This document shows positions 38,150-51,120 of a DNA stretch of 64,000 bases, one piece after another. Both the position numbers and the translations under genes were made by a program. The notes beneath the pieces are model-generated. The model searched no databases and was not told the DNA's origin. It saw nothing but the letters and a program-made list of their open reading frames with translations. Positions within the stretch are counted from its first letter, which is position 1. Every line of letters starts with the position of its first letter. This DNA is from Monocercomonoides exilis PA203 (lineage: Eukaryota; Protista; Preaxostyla): assembly GCA_001643675.2 (NCBI GenBank), contig LSRY02000014.1:186001-250000 (forward strand). Direction: 5' to 3'.

Positions 38150-38987
38150 TTCCAGAAATGCACTTTCATTAACAATTCAAAATAGCACTTCCATCTTTTT
38201 CGATGTATTCCAGCTGTCTGTTTGCAGTCTTCCATTGCTTGCTTTGGTGCTGGATGTGAGTCAGCGTAAATACTTCTTCAAAATGTACTTGAGCCAACAG
38301 GATGAACACAATGTGGCTGATTGGAAGGTGCTTTACATGTTGTTTGATTCCAGAGCGATTTGATAAGACAGCGAGTTGGCGCTGGATGAAGCGGTGAGCT
38401 AGAAATTTTCGGAGGTATCGTATGTGGAGTTGTACAGGGGAATTGAGGTTGGACTAAAGCTGAGAGTGGATGCTGTGAAATCGCAAGTTGAGAAGAAAAA
38501 AAGTGTCGGATGCAATGTTCTGGATAGTACAACTGCTAATGTGGCAATAAGGGCTGCATATGAATTGGAATTAAGTGGAAGATGCGATATGAATTGCGCT
38601 GCCACTTGAGGATAACGCGTGTGTGCAATTTTGTTTTGAGACAGATTAACAGATGAAGAGGGAGAAAAGGCCAATGCCTTGTCAAGCTTCATCAAGATCT
38701 TCTTTTCTTCTTCTTCTTCTTCATCTTTTGCTTCTCCAAATATTTTCAATCATTATCCATATTATTCTTTTTTCCTCTTCCTTTTCCTCTTCCTCTTCTT
38801 CCTCTTCCTCCTCTTCAAATTCATCATTATCAAATTCTTCTTCTTCATTAAATTCTTCCTCTTCTTCCTCTTCCTCTCTTCTCCCCCTCATTCGCAACTA
38901 ACAACCTTCCGGTCTTCTTTTTACTTCAATAAATCTTTTCATTTCAAACAAAATGACATGCAAATGGAAAAAAATTTTCTTCTTCTT

Positions 38988-39018
<31 letters not shown>

Positions 39019-42000
39019 TTCTTCTTCTTCTTCTTTTCCTTCTTCTTTTTCTACTTCTTTTTCCACATTTTTCAATGAAAACAAGCCAATTTCTTTGAAA
39101 CATCAGCAAATCGACAATCAAAACGGAATGAAAATCGAACTGAAGAATTATGAGCCAAAAAATGAAGAGAAAAAAATTATTTTAAAAATAAGAAGAAAAA
39201 GAAGGAAAAAATGATGAAGAAAGATAAAAAGGAGAAGAAGGAGAAGAAAGAGAAGAGATTTTTAAGAAGAAGAAAAAAAAACAAGAAGAAGAAGAAGAGG
39301 AGGAGGAGGAGGAGGAGGAGAAGGAGGAAGAGGAAGAAGAGGGAGAAGAGGAGGAGGAAGAAGAAGAAGAAGAAGAGGAGGAGAAGGAAGAAAAAGAAGA
39401 AGATGAATTAGCTTGAGCCGCATCATCCACCACCGCATTGACCATTGTTTTTTAATATTCAAACACTTTGTTGATGACTAGACTCGCTGGCTGTTTCGAA
39501 GAAGAAGGAATCTCATCATTGAATGCCGCATCACAAGGGAGAAGGGTTGGGGCGAGGAGAAAAGCTACTGAAACGTCAGAGGAGAGGGATAAGAGGAACC
39601 AGAATACGAAGCTGAGACGCGATTTCACAAAGGAATTGAAAGAGAGAGAGATGAATTTGAAGGACAAGTCTGTTGTTGCTTCGAAGAGATCGGTGCGAGT
39701 GGCTGGGAAGTTGTGGGGGAGGGGGTGATTGTTGAAAGAGGAAGAGGAAGAAGAAGAGGAGGAGAAAGAAGAAGAAGAGGAAGATGAAAGTGTCAATGCC
39801 AACAGAGGAGCATGCTTCGCAAGCAAAGGCAAATGGAGAATGCTGCTCAGTCTTAGCAATTGCTTCATTTGGTTTGGGGGTGCTCTTATCAATTGATGCT
39901 GTGAATTCATCTCAAACACGACACTCACTGGAGACACAGGATGATGCAGAACTTTCATCATATGAAAGAACAAGTGCACAAGAAGCTCAGAAAACAAGCC
40001 ACACTCCATCGATGTTGAAAAGGTGAAAGAAATTTCTTCTCTTTCAGCTTCTTCCCAGAGAAGATCGAGCTGTGACTTGAACTCCACACTCAGTTCCTGT
40101 TTGTTGTATTCGATCTGCATATTCAGGGGGGACGTGCAGTTGCTTCCACACGAAATCTTCACATCCACTTTCTCAGGGACGATGTTGTTGAGCTGCTGAA
40201 GTAGAAGCATCACACTCTCTGCGCTTTCTCGGCTTGCTTCTTCTTTTGATTGCATTTTGTTGAAAGAGAAATTGTTGAGTTGCTCCAAAATGAAGAAGAA
40301 AGCAGATTTGAGCTCCTAAAGACTCGATGTGGAAGGAGGTTCGCTAAGTGGAAGGGGCTGGAGGGAAAAAAAAGGAAAAGGAGGAGGAAGAGTTGAATGA
40401 GATTAATTGTTGAGAGGGTGAAAGGAGAAGAGAAGGGAAGATGAGAAAGAAAAAAAAGGAGATTAAGAAGGAGAAGAAGGAAGAAGAGAAGAGGATTGTG
40501 AAGAAGGAGAGGGAAGGCTTTTTGGTGGATGTGAGAGGACAATTTTGAAGTTGTTATTGTTATTGTTGTTTTTGTTGTTGTTGGACATTTGAGAGGATGA
40601 AGAAGAGGAACTGTCGGATGATGAATGAGATAAAAAAGAGAATAAAGAAGAAGATGAAGAAGAGGAAGAGGAGGAGGAAGATGATGATGAATCAGTTAAT
40701 GATTTCGTTTTTAATACGTTTTTGTAAGTATTATTGTTGTTGTTATTTGCATTCACAATGAAATAAACGTCACTTTCAGATCGATTGTTCCACATTTCTT
40801 CTGAACACATTTCAAACAACATTTCATTTTCTGCTTCAAATATTGTGATGTGTTGGAGACGAGGAAGAATAAATGAAGAAGAAGAAGAGGAGGAGGAGGA
40901 GGGAGATGATGATGATGAAGGAGATAGAGAAGAAGAAGATGATGCTGATGATGTTTTTGAAGCAGCAGCAGCAGAAGAAAAAGAAGATAAAGAAGAAGAA
41001 GAAGAAGAAGAAGAAACATCAGAAAAATCACCAAAAACTGAGCAGTTCTTCTTCAGAACCCAGAGGAAGCTATGCACATATGAAGAGAGATTCAAACACA
41101 CGAGCTAAGATAAGCAAAGAAGAAGGCAAGTATTTTGAGAGCAAATGACTTTGCCTGCCAATAGTGAGGATGTCAAAGAGAAGGGGATATTGCGACAAGC
41201 TGCGCTTGTGTGAGAGGAAAAGAGAGGAAGCTGTTCTTTCTCTGCAGAAGGAGCGGAGGACGATGCTGATTTGGGAGGCGCAGAAGACGAGGGAGGAGAG
41301 AGCATCACTAACAGCGCTGGAGGCAGAGGTGTGGAAGGGGTGGAAGGGGTGGGAGAAAGAAGAGGGTTTCAATAGAGAAGAAGAAGAAGAAGAGGAAGAG
41401 GAAGAGGAAGAAGAAAGAGAAAAGTTATTATTATTGCTGCAACCACTCAAACACAACACGGCATAATCTCTGAGAGTTTTGTGTGATTGATCAAACATCT
41501 GCACAAAGGATGAATGAAAAACTTTTTCATCTTCTGTCTCATTTGCTACAGACAACACGAATGGCAGCAGAGCCACGTAACTTCTTTCAACTTCAGCTAC
41601 ATCTGCGTGTTTCTGTGTGGACAATGCTTCGATTGTCTGAAGAGAAAAAGTGAGGAAAGTGATGGAGGAATCAACAGCTTTTGCTGAATGGACGAAGGAA
41701 TCAGCATCCACATTTAGTGAAGATGTGCTGCTTCATTTGCTCTTCTTTTTCTTCTTCGCATTGGAAGAAGAAGAAGAGAAAAGAGAAGGAGAAGGAGAAG
41801 GAGAAGGAGAATGAGAAGGAGAAAAAGGAGGAGGAGGAGGAGAAAAAGAGGAGGAGGAGGAGAACATGCTGCAGACAAGAAGCCAGGAAGCGGTGTTGTG
41901 GGAGGGCAGAGATACAGTGGAAGAATAACACCGAAGAGGCATTTGGCTCTGGAGTGTTTAAAAATTTTTGTTATGCATGAGATAAGGAATGGTGCAAATA

Positions 42001-42874
42001 TAAAGAAGGCAAAAAAAGAGACTTGTGTGATAAGTTCTGCACGGTTGTCGAAGGCATCGAAGAAAAGCTGAGAAGTACGACTTTGATTACTGCATATGAA
42101 GAGGAAGGAAGGAGGTGATATGTTATGCGAACACACATATCCAGTTTCATCTTCGGAAGCTGTGCTGTGAAGTGGCAGCATCTGTCGTGATGGAGCACAG
42201 ATGATTCTGTGAAGGTGAAGTCAACAACGGAGTGGGAAATTTACGCTACAAGCAGAGCAGAGAAAAAGCGGAAGCAGACAATGTGAAGAAGATTCTGACA
42301 AATTGTTCAGTGATGACATGAGTACATGCGTTCGGGAGTGTGTTTGATGGGGCACCTGATCAGGAGACGCTACTGACGGGTTTGGAGGAGGGAAGACAAA
42401 CAGAAGAATGACGAGTGAAGACAGTCAGCCCATTCTTTTTGTAAGACAACAAATCGTACTTGGAAGAATTGATTGCTCAGAGATGGTGGAAAAATGCTGT
42501 GAAGATGGTGATCAATGCGTCTGCGAAACCTTGTCGGTCATTTCAGAGAGTCTGTGCATTTTCAGAGTTTATTCCGATGAGTGTTCCGAAGGCGTTGAGA
42601 TTTGTAGATGAGAATAAATGTAATGATTCGTTTCTTCTAATTCCTCTTCTTCCTCTTCTTCTCTTTCCTCTTCTTCCTCTTCTTCCTCTTCTTCCTCTTC
42701 CTCCTCTTCCTCCTCTTCTTCCTCTTCTTCCTCTTCTTCCTCTTCTTCCTCTTCTTTTGCATTTTCCTCTTCAGAAATAATGATTGAAGTGGATTGTTCA
42801 ACGAAGATAGTTTTATTGTCATTTCTTTTTATTGTGTTCATTTCATAATTGTTCATATGAAAGAGATAATGCAT
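38150..42874 (-). pseudogene. Cargo inside the hAT: fragmented low-complexity protein-coding sequence (boundaries approximate)
   Basis: Same-strand ORF pieces 42569-42874, 41714-42181, 41070-41711, 40463-41101, 39452-40288 and 38399-38749 with poly-E/S/N tracts. No transposase motifs. Confidence 0.6.
42645..42755. repeat. (CTT/CCT)n microsatellite encoding poly-Glu
   Basis: Direct reading. Similar tracts at 38978-39050, 39280-39400 and 41770-41860. Confidence 0.9.
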
Positions 42875-42976
42875 TTTTATCCCTTGTTTATTGAGATATA
42901 TTTGAAGGTTTCAAAAAATGAAATGTGTCAAAAAAAACTTAGCTGAACAAAATTGCAAAAAATGAATAAAGAAAAA

Positions 42977-45833
42977 CTATATTAAAAGCAATGCATTGAG
43001 AGTGTTGAATGAAAGAGAGTGTCTGTTATCTCCAGTGATTCTTTTCATCCTCGAGAAAATTCGTTCACAGCTTGCTTCGCTGCATGGTGATGAAACAATA
43101 GAAAAACAAATATTCGAATATATGGTGTGATCGAAACTTTTCTTAGATAAGTTAATGTAATAGATTTGAGCATTATCTTCAATAACAGAACTTGGCGATG
43201 CACTCAGCTCACTTTGGTATATCTTCATACATAATTCTTTCAGCCTATGATCTTCTTGAAATAAAACTGAATTTATTAATATTTCAAACCTTCGCTCCAT
43301 CCGATTGTTCCAATCTGACGTGATACAAGAAGATATATTGATGCACATTTCGTCTTCTTTGTCAGTCGAATGTGGAGAGATGATATCAAAAACTTTGCTT
43401 GCAAAAAGCAATTCAACTTCATCCTCTTCCGATTCAATTTCAACACCTAAAGATTCATTCGTATCTGAAAATGAATCAGAGGATCTTGATGATGATGTAA
43501 AAAAAGATGATGAACAAGACGAAGATGATGGTGGAGACGAAGACGATGAAGATGATGAAGATGAAGATGGAGATCTTGTTACTGAATCAAAAATATTAGC
43601 TGTTTGAAAATCAGGATCTTTCATATCTTTTTCTGCCATTAAAATTCCAAGAGGATCTTCTTCTAAATCATCCGAATCGTTTTCATATTCCTCTTTTGTC
43701 TTTGGTTCTTCTGGCTGTGGTGCTTCACCCCTTTCGACAGTATCTGCAATTCGAAGAAGTTTGATGATTTCTGCACAGATGTTATCAAGTTTCTTTTCTT
43801 CATAAATATCATCAAAGCAATTGAGGGACTGAGACATTGTGAAAAAGCTGACCTGTTCATCTCTAACAGATGAATGAAATCTTTCCAAAGCAAGATTGAA
43901 ACTATCATTTGATAAATAGAAATTATGTGTCATAGAATATGGAGAGAAAGTATTAATTGGAAAAGGAGAAGAAATATCACTAAGTTGATTTTTATCCAAA
44001 CTGGAAAAAGAACAATTGGATAAATTTGATTGCAATAAAGATGAAAAAGATGAATTTGTCGAGTTAAAAAAATCTGAGTGTGATGAAATATCCCTTGGTT
44101 GTGAAAACGAGGAAGATCTAATTCGAACGAATCTATTGTCTTCATTAATTTGACCTTGTTTATCAATAGTTTTTTCCGAATTTGAATGCTCACTGATTGA
44201 ATTGAGAAGATGTGCTGTTCCTCCTTTTGAATCCAACTTTTCTATCACGTGTTTTGCTTCAATAAATGAATTTGAAAATTCATTTCTAATGAACCTTTGC
44301 ATTCCAACTGGTGTTAAAACGTGTGCCAGTGATATCATTTCACCTGTTTTTTCCAAATAAAAAATGGTTATGCATCAGAACAAGAATATTAGTAATTGCA
44401 TTTTGCCAATTTGAAGATCTGAATCTTTGGAAGCATTTAATTCCATATAATATTCCAATTGTTTGAAGGATCATGGGGAAAATTTCACCAAGTTTTGTGT
44501 GATCGTTTTCCAAAAAAAGTTGCAGCCTATGAATAGGAAATAACAGTAATTCCATCAATAATGAATTTAACACTTTATCTGTAGAAATCAAAGAATGTTT
44601 TAAAATATCCTCGCTGTTTTTCCTTATAAATGAGCAAATTGGGTACAAACAAAGCCATCTCGTTTGAACAAATGAAGGACATTTTTGCTTTAGCAACTTC
44701 CTGATTGCCGAAGAATGGGCAAATTTTGCAAAAAATGTCAGATCAATCAATATTTGTCTAAGAAAATCAATTTTTGTGAAAGCTTTTGTAATAACTAAAT
44801 TTAAAAGATGGTTGGAACAATAAATAAAAAATGGAGCAACTTTAATTTTTGATAGCAAAGATTCTTCATATTCTTCAAGTGATGTAGTGAAGTTTTCCAG
44901 AGCTTTTTTCTGAGGTTTTAAACCATCTGAACAGAAACACCTAACACTTGCATGAAATGACTCCAATTCTTTTATTATGATCCAGGCTTGTTTTCTATAA
45001 TGACTAGCATTGAAACAAGGAGGATAAACTTTCCAAAAAAAAGTTGTAGTTTCTAGTGACAGAGGAGCAATTGTAACAACTGTGCATTTTTGTCCTCCAA
45101 CTATTCCACCATCCATCATGACACAAATGCATTTTCCGTATAATTCTTTCGCCCTCTTTTCTTTTGCGATTTCACTTTGAGAAATAATTAAGCTGCTTAA
45201 TTTTCAACTTGTTAAATATGGGAATATTTTTGTAGGATGTTTGTCTGGATTTTCTTGAGAAATTTTAATTAAGGCAGTAATGAAATTGTTAAATTCTTTC
45301 GACGATGCAGAAGCTATGGAAATATTGCAATGACTAACAATTTGCGCAAACAGAAATTCCAAATTAGTGCTTGTGTAGTTTACTGAATTGTCAAATTTTT
45401 TGGTTGGATCATCACGATTATTAATAACAGAAGAAAATTGCTTGAAACTTGTGATATTTTGTGTTAATAAAATTGAGCAATGATGATTTTTGATTCCAGC
45501 ATAATTCTTCCTTCCACTGACACCGCAAACTGCATCTCCTCTTGCATTTGGACAAAGGAATTGTTTGTGATATTCCCTAACTGGCGATCCGCATTCGTTT
45601 GATGGGATGTAAGATATCCATAATTTTTCGTTAACAACTTCCAACGTGACTTTTGTTAAAAACTCTTTTGCTTTAATAGGATGTTTGTAGACTTTGAATA
45701 ATTTTTATTGCGAATCAAAATAAAAGATATCCACAAGCAAACCTGCTCCTTTTTCATTTCGTTCCACCAGAGCGAGATTCAAAAAGTTGCATCCGTATTT
45801 TTTTAATTCATCGAGTTTTCTCAAATAACTCAT
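42977..45833 (-). pseudogene. hAT transposase, inactivated
   Basis: VMMDGG, CFCSDG, CSNHLLNL (CxxH), TRW and C-terminal SSPCSEASCERIFS..R.SL dimerisation motif. In-frame TAA (about 45706), TGA (45204-45206) and a +1 frameshift in the T6 run 44347-44352. Confidence 0.9.
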
Positions 45834-46569
45834 TGCCTAATTAAAAAAAAATGTTTTTACAAAAAAATGCAAGATGAAAAACAATAAAACTATTTTCGAA
45901 TCTATTAGTGCATCTTGAAACTCTTTGATTAGTGAATCTTTGTTTAAAATGATGGGCCCTGACATGACTTTTTTGACTGAGACACAAAAAGATCAACAAG
46001 TCACTGACTTGGAAATTCCCTAATTGTTGATCTGGTCATTTCCCATCATTAACAAAATATTCAAATTGATTTTTTTTTTGAAGTTATGATTTGAATATTT
46101 GAAATTCATGAAAATGATATGAGTGAATAAATTTCCTAACTGAATGAAAAATATTCCAAATTGAAAAATATTGTTTTGACTTAAAAAAATGAAAAAGTCA
46201 GTCAAAATCGTAATTTTTATCATTGAAAGTCAGTAAGTCACAAAGGCTTAGACTAAACTTTCATCATCACTCTTTAATATTGAATATAAGTTTTCATTAT
46301 CAATTTGCTTTTTTTTTTTTTTTTTTTTTTTTTTTTTGGTTTTCGTTGAAAAAAAAAATATAATTATCCCTTCATGTTTATTTATCCTTTTTTAGGAAAA
46401 TTATTTTTACAATTATAAAAAGATATTTTTAACATGCTTTATTGGAACGTAAGGATTATTTGAATTAATAGGGTTTATAATTGCTCCATTCAAGTATTTA
46501 AATGAAAGTTGAAAAAATAGTCCAATTATGGTTTTATTTTGAATTATGAAGTGTTCAAATTTTAATAGT

Positions 46570-46960
46570 TATGTCAAAAAAAATACCGGACATCGCAAAA
46601 AACACCGGACAAGATCGATATCTCAATAACAGCAAGAAGAAAAATTCTGTTAAATTTCCTCAAAATATATCTCATCAATACAAACTCACATGACATACGA
46701 GACTTTCAAAATAGCTTCATTTGTGCTCAGAAAATATTATTATAAAATTCTCGTAGAAACTCAAAATCCAATTTCTCCGAATTTTTAAAAATAATTTTTT
46801 CTGAGCACAAATATAGTTGTTTTGAAAGTACCATGTATCAATTGAGTTTGTATTGATGAGATATATTTTGAGGAAATTTAACAGAATTTTTCTTCTTGCT
46901 GTTATTGAGATATCGATCTTGTCCGGTGTTTTTTGCGATGTCCGGTATTTTTTTTGACAT
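46570..46960. repeat. Palindromic (fold-back MITE-like) core of the giant inverted repeat
   Basis: Perfect symmetry outside 46689-46842 and imperfect symmetry inside (e.g. TTTGTGCTCAGAAAA / TTTTCTGAGCACAAA). Tandem ACCGGACA motifs in the arms. Outer limits are a guess. Confidence 0.65.
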
Positions 46961-47553
46961 AACTATTAAAATTTGAACACTTCATAATTCAAAATAAAAC
47001 CATAATTGGACTATTTTTTCAACTTTCATTTAAATACTTGAATGGAGCAATTATAAACCCTATTAATTCAAATAATCCTTACGTTCCAATAAAGCATGTT
47101 AAAAATATCTTTTTATAATTGTAAAAATAATTTTCCTAAAAAAGGATAAATAAACATGAAGGGATAATTATATTTTTTCAACGAAAACCATAAAAAAAAA
47201 AAAAAAAAAAAGCAAATTGATAATGAAAACTTATATTCAATATTAAAGAGTGATGATGAAAGTTTAGTCAAAAATATGAAGCCTTTTTATTATGCGAATA
47301 ACCAATCGCACGTGAACCCTCAAAGAAACGTTATACCTAAAATCCACATTATTTTAACAAATAAATAAAAGTAGCGAATGTCAAAATGTTGCACACATAA
47401 TAAAAAACGGTATCAAAGTGGAATGGCACATTAAGAACGTCAACATTGGATAAATTTCAATACAATTTCATCAAACACAACTCAAAATTTCAAAAACTTT
47501 ATTTCGGAATAGAGTTGTTTTCAGATATTTAGCAGCAACACCTTTCTTATATA

Positions 47554-47626
47554 GGCCTGATGGCTCAGTCGGCAGAGCGTGTGGCTGTTAACCACAAGGT
47601 CGGCGGTTCGAGCCCGCCTCGGGCCG
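47554..47626 (+). tRNA. trnN: tRNA-Asn(GTT), identical inverted copy
   Basis: Exact reverse complement of 37277-37349. Confidence 0.97.
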
Positions 47627-47944
47627 AAATTTTTGTTTTTTTATTCAAATATAGTTTTTTATGAAGTTTTATTCATTTAATTATTTTTGTTATTAAAGTT
47701 TATAGGAAATTTTGACTTTTTCAAATATTTTTGGAAACAAATGAATATTCAATTATTTAACCATTATTATTGTTTGTTGTATATTTTTTATTGAGAATAA
47801 TTTTATCGTTCCTTGATTTGTTGACATTAATTTACCCTTCTTTTTTTATTTGGTGCAATTGTGTTTTATGAACAAAACTTTAATACTAAAATAAAGATAG
47901 AACTTGTTCAATCTTTTACAATCATCTTTGAAACAATAACAGGA

Positions 47945-49983
47945 ATGGCTTCATTTCTTTCATTCCCCGACGTACCTTCAAATTCTGCTCAAGTGGAGAA
48001 AATAGTCACTTCCGCTTTGAGAGGCAAAAATTTTATTGTGAATTCTTTTGATCAATCACAAATAAAAGCTTCAAACTCATCTTTCCCATTTCAGATTATA
48101 AAAGCAAAGGATTGCAACGAACACCCGTCAAAGCAAGGATACTTATTCTTTGACAATATGCTCGAGCATTTTCAATGTTCTTCGCAAAATGGCAATGCTT
48201 CGCAAACATTCTTTTCTACTTCTCAATTATTGGACGTTCGACGTCCACTTCCTGAAATTCCAAGTCAAAGCCTTCGTTCCGAGCAATGTTTCGGGCATAA
48301 CTCAATATATTTATCTTTATTATCATTCTATCAACAACTACATCATTCAATAATAGCAGAATCTTCCGCTTTGCCTGCTTTTTCAAATTCTGCGGAAATT
48401 TCAGGGACTCAAACACCATCGTACTCTGAAAACTATTTGCAAATGAGTTTTCCAAAGGCTACACAAAAAACTCCTTTTTGGCACTCTTCCAGCTTCACAT
48501 CCTTCTTTCCCTGTGATCCTTCGTCTATTTACTCTGATTCTTTGAAATCAATGAAAAAGAGTGAAGAAGGCAACGAACTGGAAGAAGAATTATCCGAAGC
48601 TGATGCCTTCATATTGAAAGACACATCTTCATTGTCTTCCGTGTCTATAGACGATCAGCTGATGTCAAATCTGGGAAAGCGTCGTATCCTTCATCTGAAG
48701 CTGAACAGGAGATTGCTGGAGGAGGAGGTCGACGCAAATGAAGGAGTGGACAAGAAATGGAAGACAGCTGACCTTGCAACACGAATTCACTGCGAGAAAA
48801 GTGATGGAGGAAGCAATATAGACGAAGACCAAGAATATGACGAAGAAGAAAAAGAAAAGGCTAATGAAGGAAAAAGCACGAAGGCGAGAGAAGGCTAAAA
48901 GAAAGCAAAGAAAAAGAAAAGAAACAGCAGAACGCGAAAATACAATCTGTGAAAGTCAAGCGAAGGAAAAAGACGAAGCAGATGGCAGCAAGACACACAT
49001 CAGAGTTGACTGGGAAAGTGCTGGATGCGGGATTCGGAGCCAAGGCTCTTCGCCACCTGCATCTGGCGCATTGCCCCACTTCCGCTGCTTTTCTGGCTCT
49101 CGGCGCTCTCCTGGGTCGTCTCTCTGCGCTCCGCTCCACAATAAATTGCCACTCTCCTGCAACTTTTCGGCGCTGCCTTCTTCCTCAGACAGCATTATGC
49201 CCACCTCTGTTCTGGAAGCAGCTGCCGCAGATGGGCTGGCGCATGTGCACGGCAAGCGGTGCTTGATAGAGAAAGACGAAAAGACGAAAAGAGAGATCCC
49301 CAAACGGGGCACGCGGCAGGAGCGGATGCAGCGCAAGCGTCTTGCGAGGGCTGCACTAGCCGAACAGGCACACAACGCGGAGCTGCTGCAAGAGATGCAG
49401 GAGAGCGAGGTTTTGGTGCTTCCATTCCTTGCACATGGGCGTTGGCGCTCACGCCTCACGCAGCTGCCCTCTCTGCTCGACTGCCACAAGACTCAGCTTC
49501 CCAGCAACACCAGCAATGCCAGCAATACCAGCAATACCAATAATCCCAGCAGGCACATGCAGCTCGCTCTTTTCGATGCCTTTTCCTACTTTCCGGCACC
49601 GCTTCAGCGGTTGATGCCACATTCATCTTCAACATTGTCTCCTTGCTTGTGTGAGTCTGGCCAAGACTTGTGCGACTGTCGTGGCTGGATGCAAAGCGGC
49701 AGCAGGCAATTGCACAGCCAACATGCAGATTCTCTCTTTGCCTCCCAAGGGGCCAGAAGTCGCAGGATTAAAGACTTTCGCAGATCAACAGCAGCATCGC
49801 TGGATCTTCTTTTGGAGAGTGCATGTGGCGAAAAGGCGAACTCCCTTGCCTTTTTCCCTCTTCTGGGATCGCGTGAGCGAAAAAGCACAGCGAACGAGGC
49901 GTTCAGGCAGGGCTTCTATGCCTTCCTCTTCTGATTGCCAGCCATCTGCTTGCTTTGAGCAGTCGCTGCACGACGCGCTGTGA
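47945..49983 (+). CDS. Hypothetical protein, right-arm copy with two +1 homopolymer frameshifts
   Basis: Same protein as 34922-36958 but split at about 48850 and 49880 by one extra A each. Confidence 0.55.
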
Positions 49984-51120
49984 ATGGACTGTCTCCGCCG
50001 CCTGCAGGCCAGCTGCGTCTCCTGCTGTTGGACAAACATATCTGTGGCATGCACTTTCTTTGGGAAGATAAAATACGATTGTTCAGGGCAAGCCATGAAG
50101 CATCTTTCTTTTCGCCTTTTTTTTTTCGTCTTTGCTGATTCTGTTTTTGTGCCTGCCGTGCTGGGTGTGCAGCGACAACTCGAGAAACAAAATAATAAGC
50201 CGAGTGGCTTTGGATAGGGCTTGAGTTTCGGCTTCTGGGCAACACGAAGCAAGCAGGACTTGCTCTGCTTCTTTTCCTGCCTTCTTCTTTGTCAGAGCTG
50301 CAGCTAGAAAAGCTGCCTGCGTGTCATTCATCAGCACAGCTTTTGCATTTCATTTGAGCACATTTATTTATTTTAATTTATTTTATTTTTTAATAATTCT
50401 GATGAATGAATGAAAATGCAAGATAAATATTGCAATTCAATTCACTCGCTTTTATTTTATTTTATTTTATTTTTTTTTTCAATGGCATTTGAAGAAAACA
50501 CACAAAACCACTTTGCACATGCGTGTACGTGCGTGCTTTGCAAAAAACAGAAAAATGATCGAACAGAGGAGTAATAAAAAACTTCAGGCAACTTCAATTG
50601 GCTTTGAATTCCTTTGTGCCTCTGCCTCCACACATCTAACTCTGCACCTCGCTGCTTCACGCATAGAATTTTTTGTTCTGCATTCTGGTTAGGCGCAAAA
50701 GAAAGAAAGAAAGAAAGAAAAAGTGTTTTATTCCTCGAGAACTGGCTGTTTCAATCAAAATCTGTTTTTGTGCAAATAGCACAATTGTCTGTCAGATTAT
50801 TTGCAATCCACGACAATGGGTATGAATTTGTGTTTTGGGTATTTTATTATTTGCGATTGGATTATCTCGGATTTCCTTTTTCTTTCTTTTTTTCCTTCAT
50901 TTTTCCCTCTCCATCATTCAGAATCTTTTCGATTTACGCCTTCGACTCATTTTATCTGCGAATTCAAGCAGGCACCAGATTTGCAGAAAAACGTGAGAGA
51001 TGAAAGAGAAGTGTTTGTGCTTTTTTTCTATTTTTTGTCTGGTGCGCGAAGGATGAAATTCTGCTTCTTTTCCTTTTGCTATTTTTTTGTGTGTTTGTTT
51101 GTTTGCTATTCAATTCACAG

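Larger units (their letters stand above)
37642..46250 (-). mobile_element. 8609-bp hAT-superfamily DNA transposon with cargo
   Basis: Perfect 17-bp TIRs TAAGCCTTTGTGACTTA (37642-37658 and 46234-46250). 8-bp TSD GACTAAAC (37634-37641 and 46251-46258). Single-copy empty site GTTTAGTC at 47262-47269 in the other arm. Confidence 0.95.
34398..50507. repeat. Giant inverted duplication: left arm 34398-37641 plus 46259-46688, right arm 46843-50507
   Basis: Mirror ORFs and tRNAs. Visible differences are homopolymer lengths and the hAT insertion. Symmetry axis at about 46765. Confidence 0.95.

Noticed and set aside
38978-42755. CRISPR-like or structured repeat arrays
   Set aside because: These are simple trinucleotide microsatellites with no repeat-spacer organisation.
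1395-45707. TAA/TAG reassigned to Gln (as in some oxymonads) to explain in-frame stops at 1395 and about 45706
   Set aside because: ahcY ends YRY-TAA at its conserved terminus, P1 ends in TAA, and long host ORFs contain no in-frame TAR.
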